Assembly (NCBI RefSeq): GCF_044704955.1
Contig: NC_091994.1
Coordinates: forward strand, 107,260,001 to 107,324,000
DNA from: Pristiophorus japonicus
Lineage: Eukaryota
DNA: 64,000 bases
Direction of reading: 5' to 3'
The notes under the pieces are model-generated. The model was given only the letters and a program-made list of their open reading frames with translations, was not told the origin of the DNA and made no database searches. Position 1 is the first letter of the stretch. Each line of letters starts with the position of its first letter. Position numbers and translations under genes: made by a program. Below are positions 25,645 to 39,385 of the stretch, in pieces.

Positions 25645-25950
25645 TTTTCACCCCCAGAGCTCTCCGTTTCTCCAGCTCTAGCCTCTTGTGGATCGCGTCC
25701 TCCCTTCGCCCCACCATTGGTGGCTGTAACTTCAGTCATCTCTGCCTCACATTGGAATTCCCTCCATAAACCCCTCCATCTTTCCACCTCACTCTCCTCC
25801 TTTAAGCTTACCTCTTTGACCAAGCTTTCAGTCACCCTTCCCCTCCCAATATCTCCTCCTTTGGTCAGCCTCCATTCAAGTCTCATTACACCTGTGAAGA
25901 ACCTTGGGCATTTCTATGTTAAAGGTGCGATATAAATGCAAGGAGTTGCT
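25645..25950 (+). mobile_element. L2-like 3' fragment
   Basis: TGGAATTCCCTCC..CTCTTTGACCAAGC..AAAGGTGCGATATAAATGCAAG. A further minus-strand piece lies at ~26645-26820. Confidence 0.6.
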
Positions 25951-28900
25951 AATAGTAAACAAACAACAAAACAACATCACTACCCAAGCTCAGTCAATGA
26001 TCCTATCGCATCTTCTGGCCAGTCTAGTTTAATCAATGCTGCTCAACATTATGCTGCAAGCTGGTACAATTCATTTTCAGCAGTATAGTACAGGGATTTG
26101 TATCTACAGTAAATTGAAAGCCTTCAATCAAACTGCACTTATACATTACAAAAGCAATAGAAGTTCAAGCAACCTCTGGCAGATTAGGCATTAAATTCAG
26201 AACATTCAGCGATCCATTTTACTCAACTATTGTTTATTTAAAATATAGTTGGTGCAGCCAAGGGCAGAAAACAACACCCGACCTATATCGTTCATCTTTA
26301 GCATTGATGCAAATTTCAACCTTAAAAATGTTTTGATTAAGTGTGCAGAAACATTTCTTTACCAATTTGTCTGAAAACAAATTGATCCATTCAAAGAGTA
26401 GCAAACGGGCTCCAGATAGATGTAGGTTTTTTTAATGTGTCCAATTTTTACCTGTTTCCTCTCCTGAAGGCACTTTGCTCTAGCTAGGATATAGATGCAT
26501 GGCGATGGTAGCCTTCTAGTACTTCAGCCATGTCCCCATTCTTCATATGCAAGCCTCGACAGTGTTTGTCAACTGGTTAGTCAACTGTGGAAGGCATCAC
26601 AAGCCAAGCCAAATGTAGATTTATTTTACCCTACTCAGTGCAAACAACAATAGCGCCTTTAATTAGTAAAATATCCCAAAGCGCTTCGCAGGACTGTTAT
26701 CAGACAAAATTTAACAACAAGCCACATAAGCTTGATCAATTTTACTAGGTAGATTTTAAGGAGCAACTTAAAGATGGAGAGAGAGGTAGAGAGGCGTTAA
26801 GGTTTAGGGAGGGAATAGCCTGTATTATGATACATTTTCTAATTCATTTCTATTTCACAGCAGCTTAACTGATGTCAGCCAACAAAACATCACCTCACGA
26901 GCTTGAAACACCAAAATCCCACTTCCCTGCCCGAAAAAACACATCACAACAGACAGGGCACAAAATTGCCATCACTTCTTGTACAGTTCAGGTTTAATTG
27001 CAGCATTTTATTTTAGAAAGGGGATAGTGGCTAAGTTTACTTTCAGTTTTGTTTACCTTTAGCACGTGTAGAAGTGTGCAGGTAATGTAATGAGGATCTG
27101 TTGAAATGCTAGACATTGAACAGCTTCACCTCAGTAAAATTCTTTCTATGCTGACGTTTACTGAATGTAAACCAAGTTAAAAGAGGAAAAAAAACAAGTC
27201 ACCTGGCTGCTTTTGCATACTGTTTCATTTGCAAATCATTTGCTCAACCACCCAGCCATGGTTGGAGAAAAGGTTGACACAAAAAAATTCCTTCACTGAA
27301 AATATATAAACTAAACAAATAAATATGTACAAACTTTACAAGACAGGATTATAAACCTGCAGTGTTTTGTTCTGCTTTTTCCAATTGTGCCTTATGAATA
27401 CATGTATAAAATTACTTTTGCAATAAGAAAATCCTTTTATATACATCAATAGTTTTGAACATGTTGCTTTGTATTTGCATATTTCTCATCAACTGAACTA
27501 ATTTGCATTTAGACAGAACAGAAATTCCTTATTTATAGAGATGCCAAAAGTAAACATGCTAAAAGTTAAGGTTCGCTGCCACTGAAGTACTTCACTGAAA
27601 ATCTTTCACAATTCTGAAGACCTGACAAAGTAACTGAAGACAGAATGAATGAAAATACATTTCAAAGCTTAAAAACTTCAAGAGTTCATTTAGCATAGAC
27701 TGACATTGTCATATTCTTGCAGTATATAAATCGGGTTGCAACTTTTAAACACGCTCTTCGCAAGTCATAGTCTGTAAAACAATATGTTACCTTTAAAGCT
27801 TTCCTCTGGAGTTTCACCAGAGTGTGTGTCTTCAATTGCCACTGCTAACTATCACTGTGGCTTTGTGAGGTTTTCAATGTGACTCCCAGACATGTGACAG
27901 GAAGTTTGTATGTGTTACAGTATTATGCGTCCAACCCAGAGGTACAATTTGATCAGCTGATAGGAACTAAGGGTTTTATTAAGTAGTACTGTGTCATTTA
28001 AATTTCAAACCAGCATTTCTAAAACATGCACTCGTTCATTGGTTTCAGTTTTAGATTAATGAATCACGCTTCAATAATATATTTAATACTGGCAGTTCAG
28101 AGGATAGACCTAATTCTTAATCGTACAAAAGGAAAATCTTGCTTTGAAGAAGCTTCACCTCATAAAATTCATGGCAGAGTAAATGTGAAAAGCAAAACTT
28201 TGAATGGGATCACTAAATCATTTAGAAACAGCAAAATCAAGGTGTGTTTTTGTTAACTTAAGTAAATAGAAAATTACTTTGCACAAAAAGGCACGCTGCT
28301 TATTGGGAACAATCATGTTAAAATAAACAAAATTACAACCTCGTTTCAGAAAGTCCTGAACCACGAGTGCACTTCACAGAACTCAATAAGCTTTCAAAGA
28401 ACCACATGTTTTCAATCATATATTCCTTAGAGATCAGAGATGCTTTCCAGTATGTTCGCCGTTTGTGTTTTGTAAGTGCATATTGTCATTAACAACAGCC
28501 ATAAATCAGATAGCTGCAAGAAACAATATATATTTAACAAATCAAAATTTGCTTCAAGTAATCCAAAAATCTTGTCCATATGTAGAACTAGAAGGAAGAA
28601 ATGTACTCTCTTCTTTCAGCAACAAATCTGCGGCATGAAGTGAATTTTATGAGAACTAATCAAGACATCTGGCAACTGGCAGTTTATTATTGTGCATTTT
28701 GTTTGGGGGGGATGGGGTGCAAGCATTCATTGTAAGATGTCGAGGGAGTCTAGCAGTTGTATAAAAACAGCTTCCATCTACAGGTTACACAGAAACTGTC
28801 AAATGCACAAATCCTAAATTTAGATACAAAACAGTGCGTGGACACCAAATTTTGTAGAACAAAATCCTTTTTATTTTGTGGCTGGAGATGGAATTAAGGG

Positions 28901-31312
28901 AGTGCTTTCAAAGTTTTTTTTATTGCTTTCAGCCAAAGCTTTATAATTTCAGTTTTAACAGCAGTTCAATGACAAATCTATATTTAGCGTGTCTGAAAAT
29001 TACATGCACAAAAAAACTATATTGCTTCCAGTGATTGAGATTCAAGTCAATGCTTTTTTTAATATCTATTTTCAGTACATCAGATGGAACTAATGCAGTC
29101 CAAGAAAATGCTGTCTACATATTTGAGTTACTAACTGGCAATTGATGCAGAGGATGTTCTACTGAAAGAATTTTTACAAAAATTGAAGAAATAACTTTTT
29201 AATTGAAAACTTGAACCAGTTCATATGCATTACAAACAAAGGAGGGAAACCATAACACAATATTTGTTCACCAAATGATTTACAGTAATCTCCTTTTCAT
29301 TTAATATTTAGAAGCAGATGTGCGGAGTATAATCAACACCACATGAGCCTGAAAACCCATCTATATTTAAACTCGTGGCACAAGCCCCCCACCCTGGGCA
29401 GTGGGCAATGCTGCCTCCAATTAGCCAATTATTTTGCTTCAGTGACAGACATTTGTACCGAACAATTACACTCTTTACTTTTGAGCCTGAAATGCAACTT
29501 GTTATTTTAATTGTTGAAATATTGTTGGTTTTAACCCTCGGGCAGCTTAATTTCAGTAAATCTCCTCATTTCCCCGTAAAAAATAAATGCATCTGTGGAA
29601 TCGTGAGTAGTGATTTGCAAAAATCCACTGTGACACAATTTGAAAACATCTGTAGCAATGTATGTGATACAAATTCATTTCAAAGCTTCAGTGCTCTGCA
29701 GGCTGAGTTACTCTATGCAAAAAAATCCTCAAAAATTAGTATAGCAACTTCTATCAAATCATAATTTTTTTTAAATAATCTCTGTCCTTGACTCAGACCA
29801 AAACTAATATTGGTCACAAGTCGGAGGAAACTGCTGACAGTTCAATATTCAAGCTGTGCAAACACACACAGCAGTTAATGTTACAGACACTTGTATGCTA
29901 AACAGATAAAAAAAATGACCTGTTAATCACTCAGTTTTAAAACTTTACCCAAAAGGTACTCATTAGGACAAAGCGCCTGCAATGCAAAACAGATTTGAAT
30001 GGAAAGCTTTCTTCCTCCAGTTCTCCAAACACACAGTATGCAACCAGCTCAATTAGTTTCAAGCAGAACTGAGAATTTTAAATATTGAAAATAGTTAAAC
30101 CTTAGCTACACAACTAAAGTAAAGTGCATAGGCTTTTAAGCCAATTGCTATTGTCTATCCAAATGAGAGATTTTCCCAGGGTCGGTTTGCCTCTTGGATT
30201 TATAGTAGACTTACATAAATAATATCAAAGGATAAACATTTATGGCCACTTAACTTTTGACGGCAACACTACTCACCAAAACATTCGCAAACTTCACAAC
30301 AGATGTGTTTGCGTGCGTGTATATAAGCACGAGAGAGAGAGAGAGACACAACAATTAGTACATTACAATGTTAAAATTAATAACCGTCAATCCAGTGGAC
30401 CCCATTTAAACGGAATTTAAATCCTATCAGAACAGTCTGAATGGTGGTACAGAGCATTAGACCACAATGCTTAGTGCCATGGACTTGTGATAAATGTAGA
30501 TTCTATCACTGATCAGCTCAGTCACACTTTACAGTTCAAAAGGCCTCAGTGGCTGGCTACAGGGGGCATTGGCAGCAATACTGGATTCAACGAGCCAACC
30601 AGCCTCCCAGAACAGATGGTCCATGTTGATAGTGGTTCCACTTCTTAATCCACAGAAATGGACAGAGACCAGGAAGCAATATTTGCTTGATTTGCTCCTG
30701 TTTACAACACTGGATATTCAAATGTGAATTTCAGGGACAATCCCATCTAGACTGTTTCATACAGACACATATATCTAATGTTCCTGCTCATGTTCCACTA
30801 TTTCCCCTCTCAATGTTGCTACTCTCCTTCCCAAGGCTAATGCTTCATTACTCACTGTTCTCTTCCATTACAGATAGGACTTTAAAAAAATAAAACTGCA
30901 ACAGGGCATCTGCTGCCTACACATTAACTATTTTTGTACTTCTGCAAAAATGCATTTAAATTGACCAGCAGTAGATACTCGTTGCCATAAACTCAATTCG
31001 CTGCAGCTCTCACGAGGGCAATGCCAAAAAAGAAATCATGAAGTCAATAATGCATAGCTATAGTTAGTGAAATTAATCTTTATGCTGGTGGACAAGTTAT
31101 CCATTGAGAAATTCTTTTGGGAAGTTGGTTTGAACTCCTCAACCTTATAACAAGCTTCAAAAAGCACCTTGCCTCCTCCCAACATTTTGGTCATCAGAAC
31201 ATACTCAGAATAGAATCAATTTATTTTCAATTATGTTCTGGTCTGGGAGTGAGAATGTGTCTAATTTGTTTAATATATCAAATTGGCACAAACACTCATT
31301 GAATAACAATCC

Positions 31313-31560
31313 TGTCATGTATGTTACATTATTATATATAACTGTATCCTAACATGCTATACATGACTGTAATAAGATATGACCTGTAACCACCAGCATA
31401 CCTTACCACCAGGGGTGCACTTGCAAGAGACAGGTATATAAGAACAGGTCTCAGGCAAGTGCAGCATTCCAGAGCTGTGAAATAAAGGTGCAGGTCCAGA
31501 GTGACCTTGACTTCACTACATGCCTCGTGTGAATCTGTACTGAGGGGACAGGACTTTACA
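31313..31560 (+). repeat. 5' LTR
   Basis: Direct repeat of 35736-35983; contains TATATAA and AATAAA. Confidence 0.95.
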
Positions 31561-31595
31561 GTGGCGACAAGTTACGGGATTACAGAATCCACAGA

Positions 31596-34500
31596 ATGGC
31601 GAACGGATCAGATGAAAAGTACAATGCGGCAGACAATTGGGAGGACTTTATAGAAAGGCTCCAGCAAAGCTTTGTAACCAAAGACTGGTTAGGCAACGAT
31701 AAGGCAGACAAGAGAAGAGCCATCTCTTGACCAGCTGTGGCTCGAAAACATACGCTTTAATGAAGGATCTGTTGGCACCCGAGAAACCAGCAAGCAAGTC
31801 GTTTGAAGAATTGAGCACACGGGTAAGAGACCACCTGAAGCCAGCAAGCAGACTGGTCAGACACAGGTTCAACAACTACAGATGCTGTGTGGGCCAGATC
31901 ATACCAGACTTCGTGGCGGAACTTCGGAGGTTGGCTAGTTTATGTGAGTTCTCCGATGAACTGAGGAGAGAAATGCTGAGAGACTTTTTCATTGAAGGAA
32001 TAGGCCACGCAGGCATATTCCGAAAGCTCAAAGACCAAGAACCTGACCTTAGAGGCAGCAGCACTGGTTGCACAGACATTCTTGGTAGGGGAAGAAGAAA
32101 TGAGGTTGATTTACAATGCAGGTACGACAACTAACGAAATATCGGAACAAGAAGTTCACAGCACTAAACAAGCTGCTACCCCCCCACACAGACAAAACCG
32201 GGAGAACAGGCTCTCGACAGCAGGCAGAAGCCATCAAGGGCCACAGGAACGGCCGTTCACGCCTCATCAACCCACAATGTGAGCAATCAACTACAAACTG
32301 AGAGAAGCTCAAGAGAGATCAGCCAGACGCAGCTCATTCTTTGGGAACACTTTGAACAATGGAACAGGTCTGTGCTGGAGGTGTGGGGGTGGGCACTCGT
32401 CAAGGGGATGTCGATTTCAGCAGGCTGTTTGCAGAAATTGTGAATATACAGGGCATTTGGCCCGCATGTGCAAAAAAACGGCAGCTCGGCTGGTATACGA
32501 ATCGGATGGGTCGGAAAGCGGACCAGAAGATGGTGGGGACAGTACCCGGGTCAACACGATCAACGGCCGCTGCTCCTACAACAGGACGCCTCTTATAATG
32601 ATGAGGGTCCTACTCAACGCGATATCTGTCAACATGGAGCTGGATATGGGAGCGAGTCAATCTCTCATAGGCGCTCAACAATTTGAACAACTGTGGCCGC
32701 ATAAAAGAGACAGATCAAAACTTACAAGGGTCGACACCAAACTAAGGACCGATACCAAAGAAATCGTACCAGTCCTCGGCAGCGCCATGCTCTCTGTGAC
32801 ACACCAAGAGACAGTGAACCGACTTCCCCTGTGGATTGTCCCCGGAGACCCCCAGCACTGCTGGGGAGAAGCTGGCTGGCAAAACTAAACTGGAAATGGG
32901 ATGATGTCCATGCCATGTCATTAGAGGAACGGACCTCCTGCTCAACAGTTATAAAGCGATTTGAACATCTCTTTCAGCCAGGTGTGGGCACTTTCAAAGG
33001 GGCCAAAGTCAAAATCTACATCACACAGTATGCTAGAGCGGTCCATCACAAGGCCAGAGCTGTACCTTATGTGATGAGGGAAAAGATTGAACACGAACTA
33101 GACAGGTTTCTGCGGGAAGGCATTATTTCACCTGTGGAGTTTAGCGACTGGGCAAGTCCCATCGTCTCAGTCATGAAGCCTGATGGATCCGTACGAATCT
33201 GTGGGGACTACAAATCTACCAGAAACAGAGTCTCCCTACAGGACCAGTACCCGCTGCTCAGAGCGGAGGACTTATTTGCCACATTGGCTGGAGGTAAACT
33301 TTTCTCAAAATTAGACCTCACATCTGCGTATATGACGCAAGAATTGACCGAGGAATCCAAGCTACTCACCACCATCAACACACATCGAGGCCTTTTCATG
33401 TACAATCGATGCCCATTCGGCATCAGGTCGGCAGCTGCCATATTCCAGCGCAACATGGAGAGTCTGCTCAAGTCCATCCCGGGGACGGTTGTATTTCAAG
33501 ACGACATACTTATCACGGGCAGGGACACCGACTCCCATCTCCGTAATTTGGAGGAAGTACGAAAGCGGTTGGATCGGGTAGGCCTACGAGTCAAGAAATC
33601 CAAGTGCCTGTTTCTCGCACCCGAGGTTGAATTTTTGGGCAGAAGGATTGTCGCTGATGGAATCCGCCCAACAGAGTCCAAAACAGAAGCAATTCGCCTG
33701 GCACCCAGGCCCCGGAATGTCTCAGAACTGCGCGCCTTTCTCGGGCTACTCAATTACTTTGGGAACTTAAGCACGCTGCTGGAGTCTCTCCACGTGCTAC
33801 TCAGGAAGGGGTGTGATTGGTTTTGGCAGGAACGCGCCTTCAATAAGGCACGCAACCTTCTGTGTTCCAACAGTGTTTTGACTTTCTTTGACCCAGGTAA
33901 AAAGCTAGTTCTCACATGCAATGTGTCAGCGTATGGGGTCGAGTGTGTTTTGCAACATGTCAATAGTGCGGGCAAATTACAACCCATAGCTTATGCCTCC
34001 AGGTCACTTTCGCGGGCGGAGCATGGGTACGGAATGGTAGAGAAGGAGGCGCTCGCGTGCATGTACGGTGTCAAAAAGATGCACCAATACCTTTTCGGGG
34101 TCAAGTTCGCGTTAGAAACCAACCACAAGCCCCTCACGTCCCTCCTATCCGAGAGCAAGGCAATAAACGCCAATGCCTCGGCGCGAATCCAACGGTGGGC
34201 ACTCATGCTGGCGTCCTACGACTATACCATAAAGGCACAGACCAGGCACAGACAACTGTGCCAACGCGCTCAGCAGGCTACCCCCGACGACCACGGAAGG
34301 GTCTGACGAACAGGACTGAGAGATAGTCATGGCAATCAATGCCTTTGAGTTCACAGGTTCGCCCATGATGGCTCGCCAAATCAGAGCCTGGACGGCCAGC
34401 GACCCCACCTTATCCTTAGGAAAAAGATGTGTCCCAACCGTTGACTGGGCAGAGACTCACAATGCCTGCCCCGGGGAATTAAAACCCTTTCACAGGCGCA

Positions 34501-35713
34501 TGCATGAGCTATCACTACAAGCAGACTGCCTGATGTGGGGCAGCTGAGTAGTCATGCCTCTGCAAGGCAGAGAGGCATTTGTCCAAGAGCTCCACCGCGA
34601 GCACCCCGGGATCGTTCTCATGAAGGCCATAGCCAGATCACACGTCTTTGGAGCTCTGCGTCCGAAGGTGCACCATTTGTGCCCAACTCAGCAATGCCCC
34701 CAGGGAGGCGTCACTGAGTCCCTGGCCCTGGCCCACCAAACCGTGGTCGCGGGCGCACGTAGACTATGCGGGCCCATTCATGGGCAAAATGTTCCTCGTA
34801 GTTGTAGATGCATTTTCAAGGTGGATCGAATGCACCATTTTAAACTCGAGCACAACCTCCACCACTGTGGAGAGCTTCGCAACCATATTTACAATGCACA
34901 GAATCCCTGACATATTAGTCAGTGACAATGGTCCGTGCTTCACCAGCGCAGAAATCCAAGACTTTATAATTGACCACGGCATAAATCTCGTCAAGACGGC
35001 ACCGTTCAAGCCGGCCTCCAACGGCCAGGCGGAGAGAGCAGTGCAAATCATTGAACAACACATGCTAAAAATCCAAGGTCCCACGCTGCAGGGTTGCCTG
35101 TCGCGACTGCTGCTGGCATACAGATCTCGTCCGCACTCACTGACTGGGATCCCCCCCGGGCAACTGTTGATGAAAAAGGACTTTAAAAACAAGGCTCTTA
35201 TTAATCCTCCCAGACATGCACGAAATCATTGAGGCAAAGCGCCGTAAGCTGACTGAGTACCAAGACAGAAATTCGAGGGGGAGATGGAATGAGATAGGGG
35301 ACAAAGTGTTTGTACTAAACTGTGGCAGGGGTCCCAAATGGCTTTCAGGGACAGTAACGGGCAAGGAAGGAAACAGGCTACTGGTAGTACAAATGGACAA
35401 TGGCAAAACCTGCCGGAGGCATGTAGACCAAGTCAAAAGCAGATTTACCAACAACACTGCGGAACCAGAGGCAGACTACAATGTGAAACTCGCACCACAC
35501 CTGGTGGACAGACAGAGGGAACAACCTGAGGAAAGAGCAATCCCAACAGACAGCCCAGGCAAGTCAACAACAATCACACCAATCGAAACAGACAGCCCAG
35601 GCGAGATACCAGCAACCACACCCAAAGAAAAACAGACACCAAGGCAAACAACTGAACCACAACTCAGACGCTCCACACGAGAGCGTAGACCACCTGAGAG
35701 ACTGAACCTATAA
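31596..35713 (+). pseudogene. gag-pol polyprotein, frameshifted
   Basis: Double zinc knuckle CWRC..H..C..CRNC..GH..C, protease LDMGAS, RT FQDD, RNase H, integrase HVDYAG/SDNG/GQAER. Confidence 0.93.
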
Positions 35714-35735
35714 AGACAATAAGACCGTGGGGTGA

Positions 35736-35983
35736 TGTCATGTATCTTACATTATTATATATACCTGTATCCTAACACGCTGTACATGACTGTAATAAGA
35801 TATGACCTGTAACCACCAGCATACCTTACCACCAGGCGTGCACTTGCAAGGGACAGTTATATAAGGACAGGTCTCAGGCAAGTGCAGCATTCCAGAGCTG
35901 TGAAATAAAGGTACAGGTCCAGAGTGACCTTGACTTCACTACATACCTCGTGTGAATCTGTACTGAGGGGACAGGACTTTACA
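35736..35983 (+). repeat. 3' LTR
   Basis: 10 substitutions versus the 5' LTR by manual count. Confidence 0.95.
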
Positions 35984-36204
35984 AATTCCTTATCTGGTTT
36001 TAAATCATTGCCTTTTTGTTCATGTGTAATCCTAAATGATACTGGGCTGCCTCTAATTGGAGTTTTAATTCTTCACGGTTCTTTGAGAATGATTCTTTAC
36101 GGTGAATGTCAAAATGGGTTATATCATTGAAAGGAGGGTAGAAAAAGGCAAACCATAAAGAAATAAGTACAACTTTGTCTTACAAGCAGCGTCTTTAAAA
36201 GTGA

Positions 36205-39200
36205 CAAACTACCAAGGAAATTAGGGACGCGTGCAATAAAGGTACAGCAGTTTTCATGGATGACTTCAATCTACATATAGATTGGGCTAACCAAACTGGT
36301 AGCAATACTGTGGAGGAGGATTTCCTGGAATGTATAAGGGATGGTTTTCTGGACCAATATGTCGAGGAACCAACTAGAGAGCAGGCCATCCTAGACTGGG
36401 TGTTGTGTAATGAGAGAGGATTAATTAGCAATCTTGTCGTGTGAGGCCACTTGGGGAAGAGTGACTGTAATATGGTAAAATTCTTCATTAAGATGGAGAG
36501 TGACACAGTTAATTCAGAGACTAGGGTCCTGAACTTAAAGAAAGGTAACTTCGATGGTATGAGACATGAATTGGATTGGATAGACTGGCGAATGATACTT
36601 AAAGGGTTGACGGTAGATAGGCAATGGCAGACATTTAAAGATCACACGGATGAACTACAACTATTGTACATCCCTGTCTGGTGTAAAAATAAAACGCCCC
36701 GGGGACAGTGGCAGTACTGCTTTGCTGATATAAGACATTTATATCGCGGCCTTTCATGACCACCGGATCTCTCAAAGCGCTTTACAGGCAATGAAGTACT
36801 TTTGGAGTGTAATCACTGTTGCCCAGAAGAGACGAGGGCCCAGGGGCAGCACAGGCCAGCCCACACTGCGATCAGTGGACAGCAGGAGTATTGTGTGCGC
36901 ATACCACTGCAGAAGGGCGACGGCTGCAAAGTGAAGTCGCTGATTGCAGTGCGGGCAGGCACAGCAGGAGGGACGATGGAGCACAAGAGTTTGTAGATGG
37001 AAGTGACCGGGGCCCAGGAGAGGCGTGAGTCTGGGGTCCATAAAGAGGTGAGGGCTCAGGGGCAGCATGGACCAGCCCACACTGCTATATGTGTGCGCAC
37101 TAGGTCCGTGCAGCAGAGCTGGTCTCCAGTCGTCTTGGGTAATCCTTGCCACTGGACCAAGACCTAGCTCTGTCAAGCCCGTGTGGTGGCTGGTGTGCAA
37201 TGGCCACCACACGTTAAAAAAATCCAAGTACAGGCATCTTCCACCCTCCAAGGTGTCGTTCGGGATCTGGAATATTAGGTCCTTCATTGAAACACCTGTG
37301 AACTCATCCCTTTTTGGCGTGGAAGCAAGTCATCCTCGCTTCGAGGGACTGTCTATGATGATGAAAAATAAAACGGGGAAGGTGGCTCAACCGTGGCTAA
37401 CAAGGGAAATTAGGGATAGTGTTAAATCCAAGGAGGAGACATATAAATTGGCCAGAAAAAGCAGCAAACCTGAGGACTTTATAATTCAGCAGAGGAGGAC
37501 TAAGGGTTTAATTAGGAGGGGGAAAATAGAGTAGGAGAGTAAGCTTGCAGGAAACATAAAAAGTGACTGCAAAAGCCTCTATAGATATATGAAGAGAAAA
37601 AGATTGGAGAAGACTAATGTAGGTCCCTTGCAGTCAGAATCAGGTGAATTCATAATGGGGAACAAGGAATGGCAGACCAATTGAACAAATACTTTGGTTC
37701 TGTCTTCACTAAGGAAGACACGAATAATCTCCCAAAAATACTAGGGGACCGAGAGTCGAGAGAGGAGGAACTGAGGGAAATCCTTATTTGTCAGGAAATG
37801 GTGTTAGGGAAATTGATGAGATTGAAGGCCGATAAATCCCCAGGGCCTGATGGTCTGCATCCCAGAGTACTTAAAGAAGTGGCCCTAGAAATAGTAGATG
37901 CATTGGTGGTCATTTTCCAACATTCCATGGACTCTGGATCAGTTCCTATGGATTGGAGGGTAGCTAATGTAACCCCACTTTTTAAAAAGGGAGGGAGAGA
38001 GAAAACAGGGAATTATAGACCGGTTTAGCCTGACATCGATAATGGGGAAAATGCTGGAATCAATTATTAAAGATATAATAGTAGCGCATTTGGAAAGCAG
38101 TGACAGGATCGGTCCAAGTCAACATGGATTTATGAAAGGGAAATCATGATTGACAAATCTTCTAGAATTTTTTTTGAGGATGTAACTAGTAGAGTGGATA
38201 AGGGAGAACCAGTGGATGTGGTGTATTTGGACTTTCTAAAGGCTTTTAACAAGGTCCCACACAAGAGATTATTGTGAAAAATTAAGGCACATGGGATTGG
38301 GGGTAATGTATTGATGTGGATAGAGAACTGGTTGGCAGACAGGAAGCAAAGAGTAGGAATAAACGGGTCCTTTTCAGAATGGCAGGCAGTGACTAGTGGG
38401 GTACCGCAAGGTTCTGTGCTGGGGCCCCAGCTGTTTACAATATATATTAATGATTTAGACAAAGGAATTGAGTGTAATATCTCCAAGTTTGCAGATGACA
38501 CTAAGCTGGGTGGCAGTGTGAGCTGTGAGGAGGATGCTAAGAGGCTGCAGGTTAGGTGAGTCAGTGGGCAAATGCATGGCAGATACAGTATAATGTGGAT
38601 AAGTGTGAGGTTATCCACTTTGGTGGCAAAAACAGGAAGGCCGATTATCTGAAAGGTGACAGATTAGGAAAAGGGGAGGTGCAACGAGACCTGGGTGTCA
38701 TGGTACATCAGTCATTGAAAGTAGGCATGCAGGTACAGCAGGCAGTAAAGAAAGCAAATGGCATGTTGGCCTTCATAGCAAGGGGATTTGAGTATCGGAG
38801 CAGGGAGGTCTTACTGCAGTTGTACAGGGCCTTGGTGAGACAACACCTTGAGTATTGTCTGCAGTTTTGGTCTCCTAATCTGTAGAAAGACATTCTTGCT
38901 ATTGAGGGAGAGCAGCGAAGGTTTACCAGACTGATTCCCGAGATGGCAGGACTGACATATGAAGAAAGACTGGATCGACTAGGTTTATATTCACTGAAAT
39001 TTAGAAGAATGAGAGGGGATCTCATAGAAGCATATAAAATTCTGACGGGACTTGACAGGTTAGATGCAGGAAGAATGTTTCCGATGTTGGGGAAGTCCAG
39101 AACCAGAGGTCACAGTCTAAGGATAAGGGGTAAGTCATAAAGGACCAAGATAAGGAGAAAGTTTTTCACCCAGAGAATTGTGAACCTGTGGAATTCTCTA

Positions 39201-39385
39201 CCACAAAGTTATTGAGTCCAGTTCATTGGATATATTCAAAAGGGAGTTAGATGAGGCCCTTACGGCTAAAGGGATCAGGGCTATGGAGAGAAGGCAGGAG
39301 TGGGGTATTGAAGTTGCATGATCAGCCATGATCGTATTGAATGGTGGTGCAGGCTCGAATGGCCTACTCCTGCACCTATTTTCTC
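36205..39385 (+). mobile_element. CR1 LINE ORF2 (APE C-terminus + RT) and 3' UTR, decayed
   Basis: Motifs [37 protein letters not shown]. Confidence 0.93.
36697..37363 (+). mobile_element. Non-autonomous RTE-derived element with a composite 5' head
   Basis: TSD AAAAATAAAACG at 36685-36696 and 37364-37375. RTE 5' UTR-like body fused to the last ~45 nt of RTE. Confidence 0.85.

Larger units (their letters stand above)
31313..35983 (+). mobile_element. Full-length Gypsy (Mag-like) LTR retrotransposon, decayed
   Basis: 248-bp LTRs with TG..CA ends, PBS TGGCGACAAG, gag-PR-RT-RH-INT order, flanks AATCC/AATTC. Confidence 0.96.

Noticed and set aside
29375-29764. 129-aa ORF as a gene
   Set aside because: Non-ATG start and no recognisable domain.
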